Below, piece after piece: positions 13,071-25,800 of a stretch of DNA of 64,000 nt. This DNA comes from Podarcis liolepis. Its lineage: Eukaryota. The position numbers were made by a program, and so were the translations under genes. The first letter of the stretch is position 1. The number at the start of each line of letters is the position of its first letter. The notes below the pieces were generated by a model that was given only the letters and a program-made list of their open reading frames with translations, searched no databases and was not told where the DNA came from. Location: NCBI GenBank assembly GCA_965112155.1, contig OZ218100.1, one strand, 5' to 3'.

Positions 13071-15212
13071 GGGATGCGGGGAACCACCAGAAGTGGTGTA
13101 ATACATTTTTGGGCTTCAATCTTGCTTCCATAGGCATGAGAGTTTACATGGAAATTGTGGCTGAGTGGGTTCTCATGAGAACTTTTAAGCTTAGTTCTTT
13201 TAGAGAACACTTGCAGCCCTGTCCTAGACTTTTTTTAATGAAAAAAGCAGAACAAGCCTTCATGGCTGAAAGCACCACGTTACATCTAATATTCCACCTC
13301 TATATGCTGTGCTCCTGATTTGGAATGTCACGTGGCAAATACGTCAAGATCCAACCAAGGTACCAGATTTTTAACATTGGATACATTTTTGAAGATACCT
13401 AACCATATTTTGGATCTTTTGTCCATCATCAGTTGATTTGTTTTAACAAAAATCTGCTGTCCACATCTCTTTAACATCATTTTACCTAATAAATGTGAAT
13501 CAGATTTAGAATTACTTTAGCTGTGATTGCTATTAAAGAGTAACCAGCAGTAGGCTAGCAACAAGATTGATTATCCCATTTAATCTGAATAATGTGTTAA
13601 GCTGATTTGTGGGAGGGAACTCTGTTGGGCAATTAATTTCGTACTGTGAACAGTGGTTTTAAGGAATGAAACAATTATTTTAATAACTGGACTTGTGATT
13701 TGAACTGTTGCGGCTTTCCCTCCTTGGATATGAACACTTTGGCTGGTTGGGACATCTTTAGAGTGCTAGTACTCAGTTCTGGGTACTAAATTTTAAGAAG
13801 TACCTGGACAAACTAGAATAAGTCCCTATGGGAATGCTCAGAATAATGTGGGGTCTGGAAGCTATGTCTTAGTTGAAAGAGTTTAATATGTTGATCCTGG
13901 AGAAGAGAATCATAGAACTTCAGAATTGTAAAGTTGGAAAGAATCCCAAGGGTCATCTAGTCCAGCCCCCTGCAGTGCAGGAATCACAGCTAAAGAATCC
14001 CTGGCAGATGCCTCCCCCCTCTGCTTAAAAACCTCCAAGGAAGATTAAGGAGAGACATTACAGTGGTCTTCAAATACCTAAAGCGCTGTCATGTGTAAGA
14101 TGAAGCTGACTTGCTTCTGGTGCACCAGATGGCAGGACTTAAACCACTGGCTGGAAATTGCAGGGATGCAAATACAAGACACATGCAGGATTGATGTGAG
14201 CAGACTAATTCACCTGTTGCTAGTGACTGGAACAGAGCCATTTCTAGCTTCCTGTACATTCTCGGAACTATAGAATTAAGAATTTATAAGGAGAGGGACA
14301 AATTGATGTTAAGCTGCAGGAAACAAATGATAAAAGCCTCAGCTTCTGGTAGACACTGCATTCCTGTAATGCAAAGAAAACGTGTGGTGTTCCTCTAGGT
14401 CCTCTCCTGAAAGTCCAAAAAAACCCAAAACACTTTAAACTCTCCTGAACCATTACAGTGCTTCCTACGAGTTACTGGTCAGAGTCTGTCCTTAGTTCAA
14501 TTGAGGGGGAGCATCCAGAATCTTTCCTTCTGCACAACTGTTGCTGGCTTTAACTTTCCTGGGATGTCAGCCAGTTCAGGAAGAGACCAAGTGATCCTGG
14601 CTAAACACAGAACCACTGTGAGTTGAACTGACGGGAGGAGAAGATGTCATCTATGTCCTGCCAAATCAAGATACATAAACACTGTGCTTTGCTCTCTTAG
14701 TTTCTCCTTTTATTGGTAAAAGACCGAAAATGCTGGTTTTTACATTCTGCTTTTCAAACAAGAGTATTTTTCTGTATCGTTTTTGGGTTCATTTCTTTAT
14801 ATCTAGTCTTCATTATTAGTGTTGTACTGCTGAAAGATGTATATAAAAAAACATGATGCTGTTGTGGTTTATTACAAATACCTATTGATTCGGCACTATT
14901 TAGGGTTCTTTTTAGACCTAAGCAGGTTAAAAGGTTGGCAGGTTAAAAATGATGTGGTGGGAGGGGGGAAACTCTTAAAGGAATTAGGCAGAAGGCTAGT
15001 TCACGTGGTCAGGACCTTTCTCCATATCCCAACAAACCCTGGGGATACAAATGCGTGAAGAATGTGATGCATGACTTTGCAGATATTTTGGCTTCAGTTT
15101 CCATTTTGACTGCAATTCTATTCCAGTTACATCCAGCCTACAAAAGCTTAATTAGGGTTGCCGTACATCTGGGATTTCCTGGACATATCCAGAATACTGC
15201 ATTTTGCAAAAA

Positions 15213-15264
15213 AAGAAGAAGAAGAAGAAGAAGAAGAAGAAGAAGAAGAAGAAGAAGAAGAAAA

Positions 15265-15296
<32 letters not shown>

Positions 15297-15300
15297 AAAA
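15213..15300 (+). repeat. Compound (GAA)n/(GAAA)n microsatellite
   Basis: Direct reading. Confidence 0.95.
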
Positions 15301-15874
15301 GAGTTCAATTAAGAAAAGCTCAACAACTTTTCTGTACGGATTTTCACTGCTTGAAATATTGCAACCCTAGCTTAATCCAGAATATATTTATTAGGGTTGG
15401 ACTTAAGTGGGATTTAAGTTCTATTGAGAAAACCCTTAATCTTTAAGGGTTGCCCAAGGTGGCACAAGACTCGTTATTATTGTTAGAACAGACATGGCCG
15501 CCTCTCTGGGCATCAAGCCATAGTTGTGTCCATGGATCACATGTTACATTATTCATGTGAATGTGTCTCCTGGAACAGTCAGGAGGGCATGTTGCATACA
15601 GAAGGGTTTATCTTGGCAGTTAAGCAACTTTTCCAGGTTTCACGAGGAATATTGTGGGGGAGGGGTGGGCAAGTAGGAGAGCAAATCAGCAAGGGAGGGA
15701 ATATATATATATTTAAGAGAAGAAAAAAATTAATCCATGTGTACTGAAGATATAAAGCTGAGTAAATTAATCCTGTGAAATCATTTCTGAACTCTGGAAG
15801 AGCAAACACTGCTATGGTAAAATGTGTTGGTTTTTTCAGTGAACTATTTCAGGGTTAAAAATCATAATATTTAA

Positions 15875-15876
<2 letters not shown>

Positions 15877-15916
<40 letters not shown>
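15877..15916 (+). repeat. (TG)n microsatellite
   Basis: Direct reading. Confidence 0.95.
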
Positions 15917-15917
<1 letters not shown>

Positions 15918-16651
15918 GAGACCCCATCTTTATATCATAAACCCAAGAAATATGAGAGGATCTTCTCTACCCGCCTTCTCAATATTACAGCAGAAATCAG
16001 GGTTCATTTGCAAGCACTGCTACCTACATTTTTAATCTCTTCTCTAGCAGGAGGCCTAATTAACATTTTGCAGCATTGGCAGCCCCATCTGGAAACTACT
16101 ATTCAACCACCCACATTAATACTCAACCTTTTCCCTTTCCTTTAATTAAAATGCTGTCAGAACACTTAGCTCAAAGAACTTCCTGAAGTTAACAGTTGTA
16201 TAGCGAGGTGAAGAAAAATGCATGGAAGCCAGTAGTGCTGATCTGCTCTTGAAGTACAGTACAGCCTTATCTTTTGTATAACTCTACCCATTACAAGTTA
16301 GCTATATTTCTTTTTCCTCTTCAGTCCCGGAAAACAAAATGGGCAAGGGGGTTCTCTGCAACTTGTATATAGCAATGCTTTCTCTAATAAAACTCTGTAG
16401 AGGTTTGTTCTGGAGATAGGAACAAAAATATAATTTAAACTGGGATGCTCTGTGAGAAACTATGTGGCTGTGTTCGCACATAATGGTAAGTGACTCTTGA
16501 GCTTTTGCTCTCCCCACTATCTCTTCCATAACTCCAAGGAAGAGTTTAGAAGCTTTCACTTCTATGTTAGACTATTTTGAGTCATTTACGGCCCTTCATC
16601 CAAGGATCACAGGGTGGTTTACAATATTGCAGTTTGTCATAATGTCTCAAC

Positions 16652-17255
16652 CATAGCTGTCAACTTACAGATTTGAAAATAAGGGACCAGCAGCCTTGGA
16701 AATAAGGGACCAGCAGCCAAAATAAGGGACCTGCAGCCTCACCTGTTCCAGGCACTCCAGTCTTCCTGTCCTCCTGCAGTCTGGTCAAACTCATGCTGGT
16801 AGCTTCGAGAACACTGTCCAACCAACTTTGTAACCAGAGGTTCAACTGAATAGAATCTGAATCACATGCACCACAAGGCCTATGCAGCCTCAACTTAAGA
16901 TGGCTCCTCGGCCTGGCTTTGCACTGCAAAGTTTGCAGCAGCACGTGCAACAAAATGGCGTCCAGCATTCAAAAAACCCCTCAGCTTGCATTAACTAGCC
17001 ACACACAAGGCATGCAAACTCCACCCCCAGTCGTCTTAGACTTCTTATTGGGTGAGCAACACAGCCAAGCAACACAGTTGGAGCCTCCCTCCTCCCTGGC
17101 CGGCAGGGAGGGAGGGAGAGGACCTGCTTCCTTTGAAATTTAAGTGACATCATTTAAGGGACATTTAAGGGACATCCATCAATAAGGGACAGCAGCGGGA
17201 CATGTCACTAGAATAAGGGACTGTCCCTTCAGATAAGGAACACTTGACAGCTATG
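16652..17255. mobile_element. Non-autonomous hAT element (604 bp)
   Basis: 12-bp TIR CATAGCTGTCAA; perfect 8-bp TSD GTCTCAAC; repeated subterminal TAAGGGAC motifs. Confidence 0.88.
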
Positions 17256-17506
17256 GTCTCAACCTGGATGTCTCAGCAATAGTTAATTGAAACTGAGTCA
17301 ACTTCAAAACCTAAGTTTATGAAGCTGTTTTGTTTCCAAAGCTAAATCACCTCCATTGACCATTAATCAAAAATGGAAGCAGAAGCTTCCAGTCTCCTTG
17401 TAGCCACACCAGAGGTGGAGTTAGGCTGGGAGGCACATGAGCCTGAGGCTCACTTCAGCTTATCCTTGCATCCCTGGCTTAGTGACTAAACCATAGTTTA
17501 GCGCTA

Positions 17507-17738
17507 CAGTGGTACCTCTGGTTAAGAACTTAATTCGTTCTGAAGGTCCATTCTTAACCTGAAACTGTTCTTAACCTGAGGTACCACTTTAGCTAATGGG
17601 GCCTCCCACTACTGCCGCGCAATTTCTGTTCTCATCCTGAGGTAAAGTTCTCAACCCAAGGTACTACTTCTGAGTTAGGGGGGGTCTGTAACCCGAAGCG
17701 TTTGTAACCCGAAGCGTTTGTAACCTGAGGTACCATTG
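17507..17738. mobile_element. Tc1/mariner MITE, same family and orientation as 4445
   Basis: CAGTGGTACCTC...GAGGTACCATTG ends; internal similarity. Confidence 0.82.
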
Positions 17739-19648
17739 TGTATGCAAACTAAGACTATGAGTTGTTCTTGTTGCTGAACTGGAACAGTATGAAGTTCTGT
17801 GAATATGTTGATTAAGCTGCATTAGGGTTGCACATTCCTGACTTCATTACTATAAATCAAGTGATGAATTGCATTTGTGAACGAGCCACCACAGAGAGAA
17901 CTTTCATATTTTATCACAGAGGTTGATCCAGCCCACTGCCAGTGCAGTTGCCTGCATGTGGAATGATCCATATAGGCATAACAGAACCCTGTGTTTCGCT
18001 GCTTTTCCTGAGGTGCATGGGCATTCCATGGACCAGGCCATGACAAGGAATAGGAGGACAGGGATATGGGATGGGAAGACTGCATTGAGACATAGGTATA
18101 TGTTAAGGTAAGTGTAGAGAAATCAGGTGAAATGAATATATGAACCAGGCCTTGGGCACCATGAATTAATATTTGTTAGGGCCTGGTGAGACTGCCTGTG
18201 AAATAACAGCATAATAAAACAAAATGATCTGAAGGTTTAACAAACTTGTGACCCTCTGATACTAGTTGGAGAGATGTGTGTAGATAGGTGGAGAGCAAAT
18301 GTGGCTGATAACAGGTTCAGTTCCAATGTACCTATGTAGGAAGTTGCTAAACAATGTGTAGTCCTTCCTGCATTGCTCTTGTGACTGTCTCTTAGCTGCT
18401 GCTCCTTCTGGCCTCTGCTGCTGTGTTGTGCCCCTGCTATTCTCCCTTCTCTGTTCTCAGCTGGACATTCTGTGCTCTATCCTGTTTGTCAAGTGTGGTG
18501 TATATTAGAAGTGCTATATAAAAAAATGATAAAATAATAACTATAGATATTCCTGGCCTCTGCAGCTTGTCACTGACCTATGCCTGTCATTCCTTCATCA
18601 AAACTGTTATCTGCATACATAGCTATTAGACTGCTTTTGTGAGAAGCTGAATAGCATTGTCTGGTGAAAAATAATGACAATATGCACAGGATGGATTGCC
18701 TAAAAATATCCTGTGTAACAGTACAGCAGTAAAGAGGATGTCTGAGTCATGAGGGTTCTAGAGAAGGAAGGAGAGAGGTTTTTTAAAACGATGAGGTCTA
18801 AAGAGCAAAAGGGCTTGTGCTCTTTACATTACCTAAGTGTACTGATCACAGACAATAAAAATGATAGCATTCCTTAGTCACTTGTAGTCCATGTAATAAA
18901 TGTTAATTGTAGATTCAGTAGGTACAACTCAGAGAAAATCAAGCACTCTTAAGTGCTTAAGAATGATGTGTTTTAACTTTCCTGGATTGCTTTTAGGGAA
19001 CAACTGAAATCTGGAAAATGTTAAATTATGCTAAACTTGGAAATAGATATTTTTCGTAGGATCTACAAGTGCCTTTAATGACATCCATGTTACTTTGAAC
19101 TTGTATCTACATTTTGTAGTTATATTGTCCATCCTCCATGTTTGACATTTCTTTGTGTGCCTCACAAGTCATATTTGTTTGTTGCTTTTTAATGGGCACA
19201 CCATAAAAGTGGGACAGTGGACAATGTGGCACTTGTGGCACTTTGGAGCAGCATGTGGTACCTGGAGTACTAAGAATAGCAGCTTTGATTTGAATATTAA
19301 TTATGTTAGACCTTGCTGTTTACAACGTAATGCTGAAAGTTTGATGTTAGCATATCCGGAAGGCTGCTTGAATTCTGGATTTATTCAGAGTGCTGGTTCA
19401 GCGTTTGCTGTTATCTTTTATGGTTCTGAACTAGAATGTACTTACACATATTTTGTGATACTTAATCACATTTTCATTGTTAGGTATGTCTGAAGTTATT
19501 TAGAATGTGTTAAAGGTATATTGCCACATACTGTGAAGTGGCTGTTATTTTTCTCCTCATTATTTTGCATGTTTTAAAAAATGACTTTTCTACAGGTTTT
19601 GGTGACCTAACATGCTGCTTGCTGGTTTGTTTGTTTTTATATATATAG

Positions 19649-19816
19649 TTGATGGGATAGACAAGACATCAATTGCAAACTCAGATGGGCCAAACCCAGG
19701 ATCCCGAAGTCCTTCTTTCAAGAGGAAAGGCAAACTTTCTACTATTGGCAAAATCTTCAAACCATGGAAGTGGCGGAAGAAGAAGACCAGTGAAAAATTT
19801 AAAGAAACATCAGCAG
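19649..19816 (+). CDS. PHACTR2: PHACTR2 coding exon (168 bp), basic NLS region
   Basis: AG at 19647-48, GT at 19817-18; [55 protein letters not shown]. Confidence 0.95.
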
Positions 19817-22800
19817 GTATCACTTTGGGCAGTGGCAGAGGTTACTTGGTGGTGACTGGAAAAGGTTATGGTTGTTTGGTTGCTTATTTTATTTATTTAT
19901 TTGCTGCATTTATATCCCGCCTTTCCTCCAAAGAGCCTAAGGTGGTATACATGGTTTCCCACCTTTCACTTGAGTCCTCGCAGCAACCCCATGATGTAGG
20001 TTAGAGCTAAGAGACAGTGACTGGTCCAACGTCACCAAGTGAGCTTCATGGCCAAGTAGGGATTTGCACGCTGGTCTCTGTTAGATGTACTGACCCCAAA
20101 AGAAAGAACTGCTTCATTAGCTCTATATGCCACATGTCTCAAATATTTCTCTGATCACAGTTCCTTATGGAACAGCTAGTAATCTCCCTTCTCCATCCCC
20201 ACAGTGCTTCAACTCTGCCACCCTGTTCCTCATTTCAAGGTCTTTTGACTCTAATTGTTTCTGGTTTCATACCTTTACTCCTTTCAGAAGCTAGATCTGA
20301 AAAAGATGCTGCACATTAAAAAGAGAAGAGAGACTGCACCAGACATTTTTAGATATGGCACCGTCTCTGTAGAATGACCTCTTGGCACCAGGCAGAACTC
20401 TCTTTCCCCCCACAAGCATTTAATTTTCAGGCATTTTATCTTCGGCCAGTTTATCCTATGTAATTTTATTGTTTTGGTATTTTAAGTGGCCTGTGCCCCA
20501 CCAAAGATTGATCAGATATATCTTCTGCAGCCTATGCATTATTCCATACCAATTCAAAATAAGATTGTGTGACTGATTGTTCTGTGCATATTATGTAACT
20601 TTTTTCTGCTTGCTGTCAGTCCCAGCCTATGGTCTCTTTAAGACAAATTGTTCTAGTCCCTTGCCTATTTCTGTCTGTCACCATTGTCTTAATAACCTGT
20701 TAACCTTCCATTCCTCTTCTTGGCCTCTTCCACCTTACCCATCTTTCTCCCTCATGGACTAAATTCCTTCTCAGACACACTGAACCAGTTAAGAATTGTT
20801 CTGATGTCTAATAGATTTGGACAAAAAAGAGAGAAAAGATCAGACAGTGTGGTGATATGACAAAGGAGGCATAATTAAAATGTACCTGACCACAGTGGTA
20901 TTTTTTTACAACATGGGAATTTTTAATAGTAAAACAACTAATGTTTTGTAGTTCTTGCCAAACTGTAAATCACATTAAAAGCATCTTGCAGTACCTGGAA
21001 ACACCTCTGTAAGGTACGCAGGCATTAATTCTCTCATTTTACAGTTATATGGAATGCGGACATCCAATCTGTTCTTCCAAATGTCACCTTCAAAAAGTAC
21101 TTTTCATTTTTCTGGTCCATTAGAGCAGAACTAGATTCAGAAAGCTCTGCTTACAATAGGTGGTTTCTGTGCCTGGTGTGATATATTTAAGTCTTGGAAC
21201 ATAAACATGTAAGCAGGAACATTCCCAAGAAAACATTTGCAGACTTATTTTCCTGGAACCTGTTGTTTACTTTTGTAGGATTTCTTAAAAGCGAGCTTAT
21301 ATATATGTAGTTGGATATGGAAAGCCCAGTTGAAATAAAAGCATACTGAGCATAGCACCCTTAGAGACAAAGGGTAGGATCCTGATACTGTGCAGTACCT
21401 TACCTCTGTGGCTAGACTGGCATTCATTTGCATTTAGTTATGCTTTGTACTTGGACAAGGGAGATGATATTTGTAGTGTGCTTGTGCCATATTATTTTAC
21501 CATGCATGTAACATTGCTCTAATAGGGTCCCCCTTTGGGAGCAGTTTTGAGAGGAAAACTTTTAAGCACTCTTTCCCATTGTTCTTTCACTTCAGATAGG
21601 GGACTGCCAAAGCTTATTTTGCTTATTAGTTTGTTTTGCTTTTTTAAAATAACAATAAGGGGGGGGGGCGCTCAGGGGAATGCAACATTCAGCTACGTGT
21701 AGTAGTCTGGCCCTCGGCCAGAGAACTTGGGCAGGGGCAGGAATCTGATTGTTTTGTATTAGGCCTGTGAAAAACAGCATGTATTGAAAGGTGCAGTCTT
21801 GGATGTAAGGCTCAGTTTTCTTACAAAAATATAATGGAAGGTGATCATACTGTGCCAGCAGCTGAATAAATCTATGTAAACAGCACATGATACGAGCAGT
21901 TAAGATTATGGAGGATTCCTTATGGAAATAACTTGTACTGATGTGGGAATGATGAACGAATTCCCCCCCCCCCTTTGGTAACATGTTTTCCATGTAGATC
22001 TTGGAATCTGTGCTGCCAAGCCGCTGGCTTTGCAAAGCTGAGCAAACACAGTTTCGTCATCCTAAAAAACAAACTTTATCAGTTTCTGCTTTCGGAAGAG
22101 GAAGAGATTTCAGTAGTTTATCAGTAGTTTATCTGCTGGAGTGAAAAAGATGCTCCTTTGAATATCCATAGGGAAAGTGGAGGGGGTGGAGCAGAAGCCA
22201 CGTCTGGCTCTGATTGCATCAAATGCTATAATCCCAGAGGAGAAGCTCGAAGCTAAATGAAGATACTGCAGGTCTACCTTTGCGAAGCAAAAATATCTGG
22301 ATGCATTTCAGAATGTTGGATTAGTGTTTTTTAAAAAATAAGAACGGCATAATTAAAAGAGCCTGAGGATTTAACAGCTGCTGAATAACACGGTTGGGGA
22401 CTCTTAAAGTAAAAGTGAAGAATTAATAATAAATTTATATATTTATTTATATCCACATTTTACTCCAAGGAGCTCACAGTGGTTCTTCCTCTCTCCCCTC
22501 CCAATTAATCCCAACAACAACTTGTGAAGCAGGTTAGTCCGAGAGGCAGGGACTGGCCCAACGTCACCGAGTGAGTTTCATGGCCAAGTGGGGATTTGAA
22601 CCCAGGTCCCATGGGTCCCAGTCCAGCACTCTAAGCACCACACCACGCTGGCTCTCTGTTGAGCACATAGGGCAAATGTTTACTTGAGCAGACATATAAA
22701 TGCCAGTCAGAGCTGTCAGATAGAAAGAAGGGGCCTTCTTGAACTGTGGGATTGTAGGAGAACTGAAATGTTCTGATGAAAGAGACCACCTTTTTTAAAA

Positions 22801-25800
22801 TGGTGTATATGTTCATTGTAAAGGGATGCTTATCCTTAGGAAAGGCCCATGTAGTGTGTTATATTTATACGGTTGTGCATCCAAGTCCCCCCCATCCCGT
22901 TTTTTTAAAAGGCTTCCCATCTTTAACAACATCTTCTATGTGAGCTGAGCTACCACCTTGACACATCCACACTCCAGCTTCCCAACCCTGTGAACACAGG
23001 TATATTTCACAAAGATACAATCCCAGTTGTGTACAAATACTTTGGTCATAGTAACTTCACATACAAATAACAAGGCTTGCCTTCTGTATTCAGTTCCATC
23101 ACTTTCCCAGAAGTAATTCCATTTCCCCCCAGTGCTTTTTAAACAGATTAACTCAGATGAAAAATCTTGAAGAACTCTGAACTTCTAAAATGACATTTAT
23201 TTAAAATGCAACAGAATGATAATCTGTAGCTGTCTTGATTCTGAAATAAAGCAGATGGTCTCAGTGTGTGTTGTTGAAGCGTTTGATTTTATGTTTCTTA
23301 ATTTAAGTTTTAATAGCAAAACAGTAAATCACTGTATGTGTCTGCATAACTTTTAAAAAGATAAGATGGAACACTTTGGCAAATTATCAAGCACTAAATC
23401 TCTCCAATATTTAGTGACCTTTGCCTACGCTGTCTCATTTACTCTCCTTCAGATTCCATCTATTTTATATAATCAAAATACAATTATGCCTTAATAAATG
23501 CAAAGTGCCTGGTATTTAGACAGCTTCCTTGCTGTACTTTTTGTTCCTTGTGCATAGCTCAGATTTGGTTCCATACCATTAATAAATCTAATGCTTCTGC
23601 TCTTGTTCATGGAGAATTTAAATTGATGGGTGGCTGCTGCTGTGATACAGTGGGAAGGAGGAAATGAACACAGTTCAGTTCTGGTGTTTTGACTATAACA
23701 CTGCCAGCAAGAGACATTAATTAGCTGAAGCAAAATATTCTATTAATAATATAAAAAACCCAAGTATAATTACAGCAGCATCATCTTTATTCATCTTCAT
23801 TAATCTTATGTGGAAAACCTTCAAACAGAAAAACCAGGCTCCTTACTTCCCCCTAGAATCTTCTCCTCAAAGTGACATTTCACATCATTTCAGGATAAAG
23901 TGAGCTCTTCTGCGTCCCTCACAGAATCCATCGAAAGTTTTTTGCTACAAAGGTCACCTAAGGCAGATGGACTTTGTGGCTCTCTTTCTGCCAGCTGTCT
24001 AGACCACCCATCTTATGTAGGGCACTCTCTCTCATCTTTCAGAGCCCATCTTTTCCCTGAGACACGTGGATTAATCCCATAATCCTTACTGTAATCAAGT
24101 TTCAGGTGTAAGTAAATCTACATTCTCACATTTCCTTCCTACATTTTCTCTTCCTTCTGTGGTAGGCCATACATTTCTTGAGAGCAAATACCTGTCTTTT
24201 TGTTTATGGAATAATCTTGAGTGCTATGCATGCTAATGGGGGTGAATTATAATGTGTGAGACAAGACAAGACTGTCTTGTCTGTGAGGTGTAATTCAGAT
24301 GTTTAAATTACCACATCTATCCCCTGTAACATTTTGCTTTAAAGAAACCACAATTAGACTGGAGCATGAGGTGTATAAATGTTTTAAGTCATCAGAAACT
24401 GAGGAAGTAGAATTTCAGGTTTTTGAGCATCTAAATTAGATGCCCCAAAGTAACATTTTTGAGCTTGAGAACAATTTGTGCTGAGAGTATTTTGCGGGAA
24501 CTTGTGGCAAGTGGCCATAGGTCAGTGGAAGAGCATGTGGTTTGAAGCAGACATTCCCAGGTTCAGTCCATTGGGACTACACAACTGAAGGGAAGCACAC
24601 TTTGATCTCTGCCATCACCATCTGAACAAGGGCCACTGGGAGACCGCACCCTCTGTAGTATCACCCTTTGTAGTATCAACTTTCTAACTATACAAAGACT
24701 AAAGTTTCTCTATCCATTAGCTAGAGAAGAAGCAGTTGCAAAGAGCTTGCTCTCCCCCCCCCCCCGCATTTGCTAGAAAGATCACACTGTTCCAACTTCC
24801 TGAATTCGCTTGCTTTCCCTCTTCACTCTCCATTCCATTTTCTTTTTTGCATCATGTCTGTTAGTCCCTGCTTGCCGGCTACAAGCTGTCTTATCTTTTT
24901 TTTGTAATATCTGTACAGCGTTTAGAAAAATGTTAGGCACTCTATAAGTGTTAAAATAAAAATAGCAGCAGAGTTGGGAATATTTCTGCTGAGAGAAACA
25001 TTAGAGAGCTATCATTCTTCAAACTAGACAAACTCAGAGCTCAGAGCAGCCAATGGTCTGACTCAGAATAATGTCTTAAGATGCCGATAAATACATATTA
25101 GTTGCCCTACACATTTCAGTAAATCTCCTTTAGGGTCTTTCTGTAACAGGCAGACGACTGACATATGTACAGTACCTTTGTAACAAACACTACAAAACTA
25201 TAGTGTTCCTATCGATACATACAAATATATTTATAAATATCCCAAACATTTTTGTGGGCGAATATATATAACCAAAATACAAGTTACAAAAATGTGCACA
25301 AAAATATTATTTATTAACTTAGTCATAAAAACATGCAACACTTTAGAAACTTCAGCACATGAATGCCTACAGCTGTTTAAAAGCACACACAGTTGCACGG
25401 ATATCTGGACAATATATTCTTCCATAATTCAAATGCAGTAACATGCATTTCACAAATTACATAGTCTTTTGGCAAACATAACAGAAAGATCTAGGGCATC
25501 AGAAAGTTTTCCAATGCAAATTCAGTCCCGTCCCCATCCCCAATGTGAATTACCCTAATTTCCAGGAAATTTTTGAACTCAGGATTTTCTGGCAAACTCA
25601 TTTCCCTCCCCCACCAAATAGAGAGGGTTGTCAGCAATGGGGTGTCCCGGGCTGGCAGTGGTCCTTATTAAGACACAACCTTCCAAGTGCATGATTAGCC
25701 CTGCCAGATTAGAGCAGCATTATCAGAGCAGCATGAAGGTGGTTCAAGCCCTGGTGTTCAGAAAAAGCGGGTGAGGAGGGTTGCTTAGAAACCCAATGAA

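Noticed and set aside
15055-15446. Poly-R/poly-E/poly-K ORFs
   Set aside because: Translation of the (GAA)n/(GAAA)n microsatellite.
16676-16740. Short direct repeats with spacers, CRISPR-like at a glance
   Set aside because: Eukaryotic DNA; the repeats are subterminal motifs of a hAT element with TIR and TSD.
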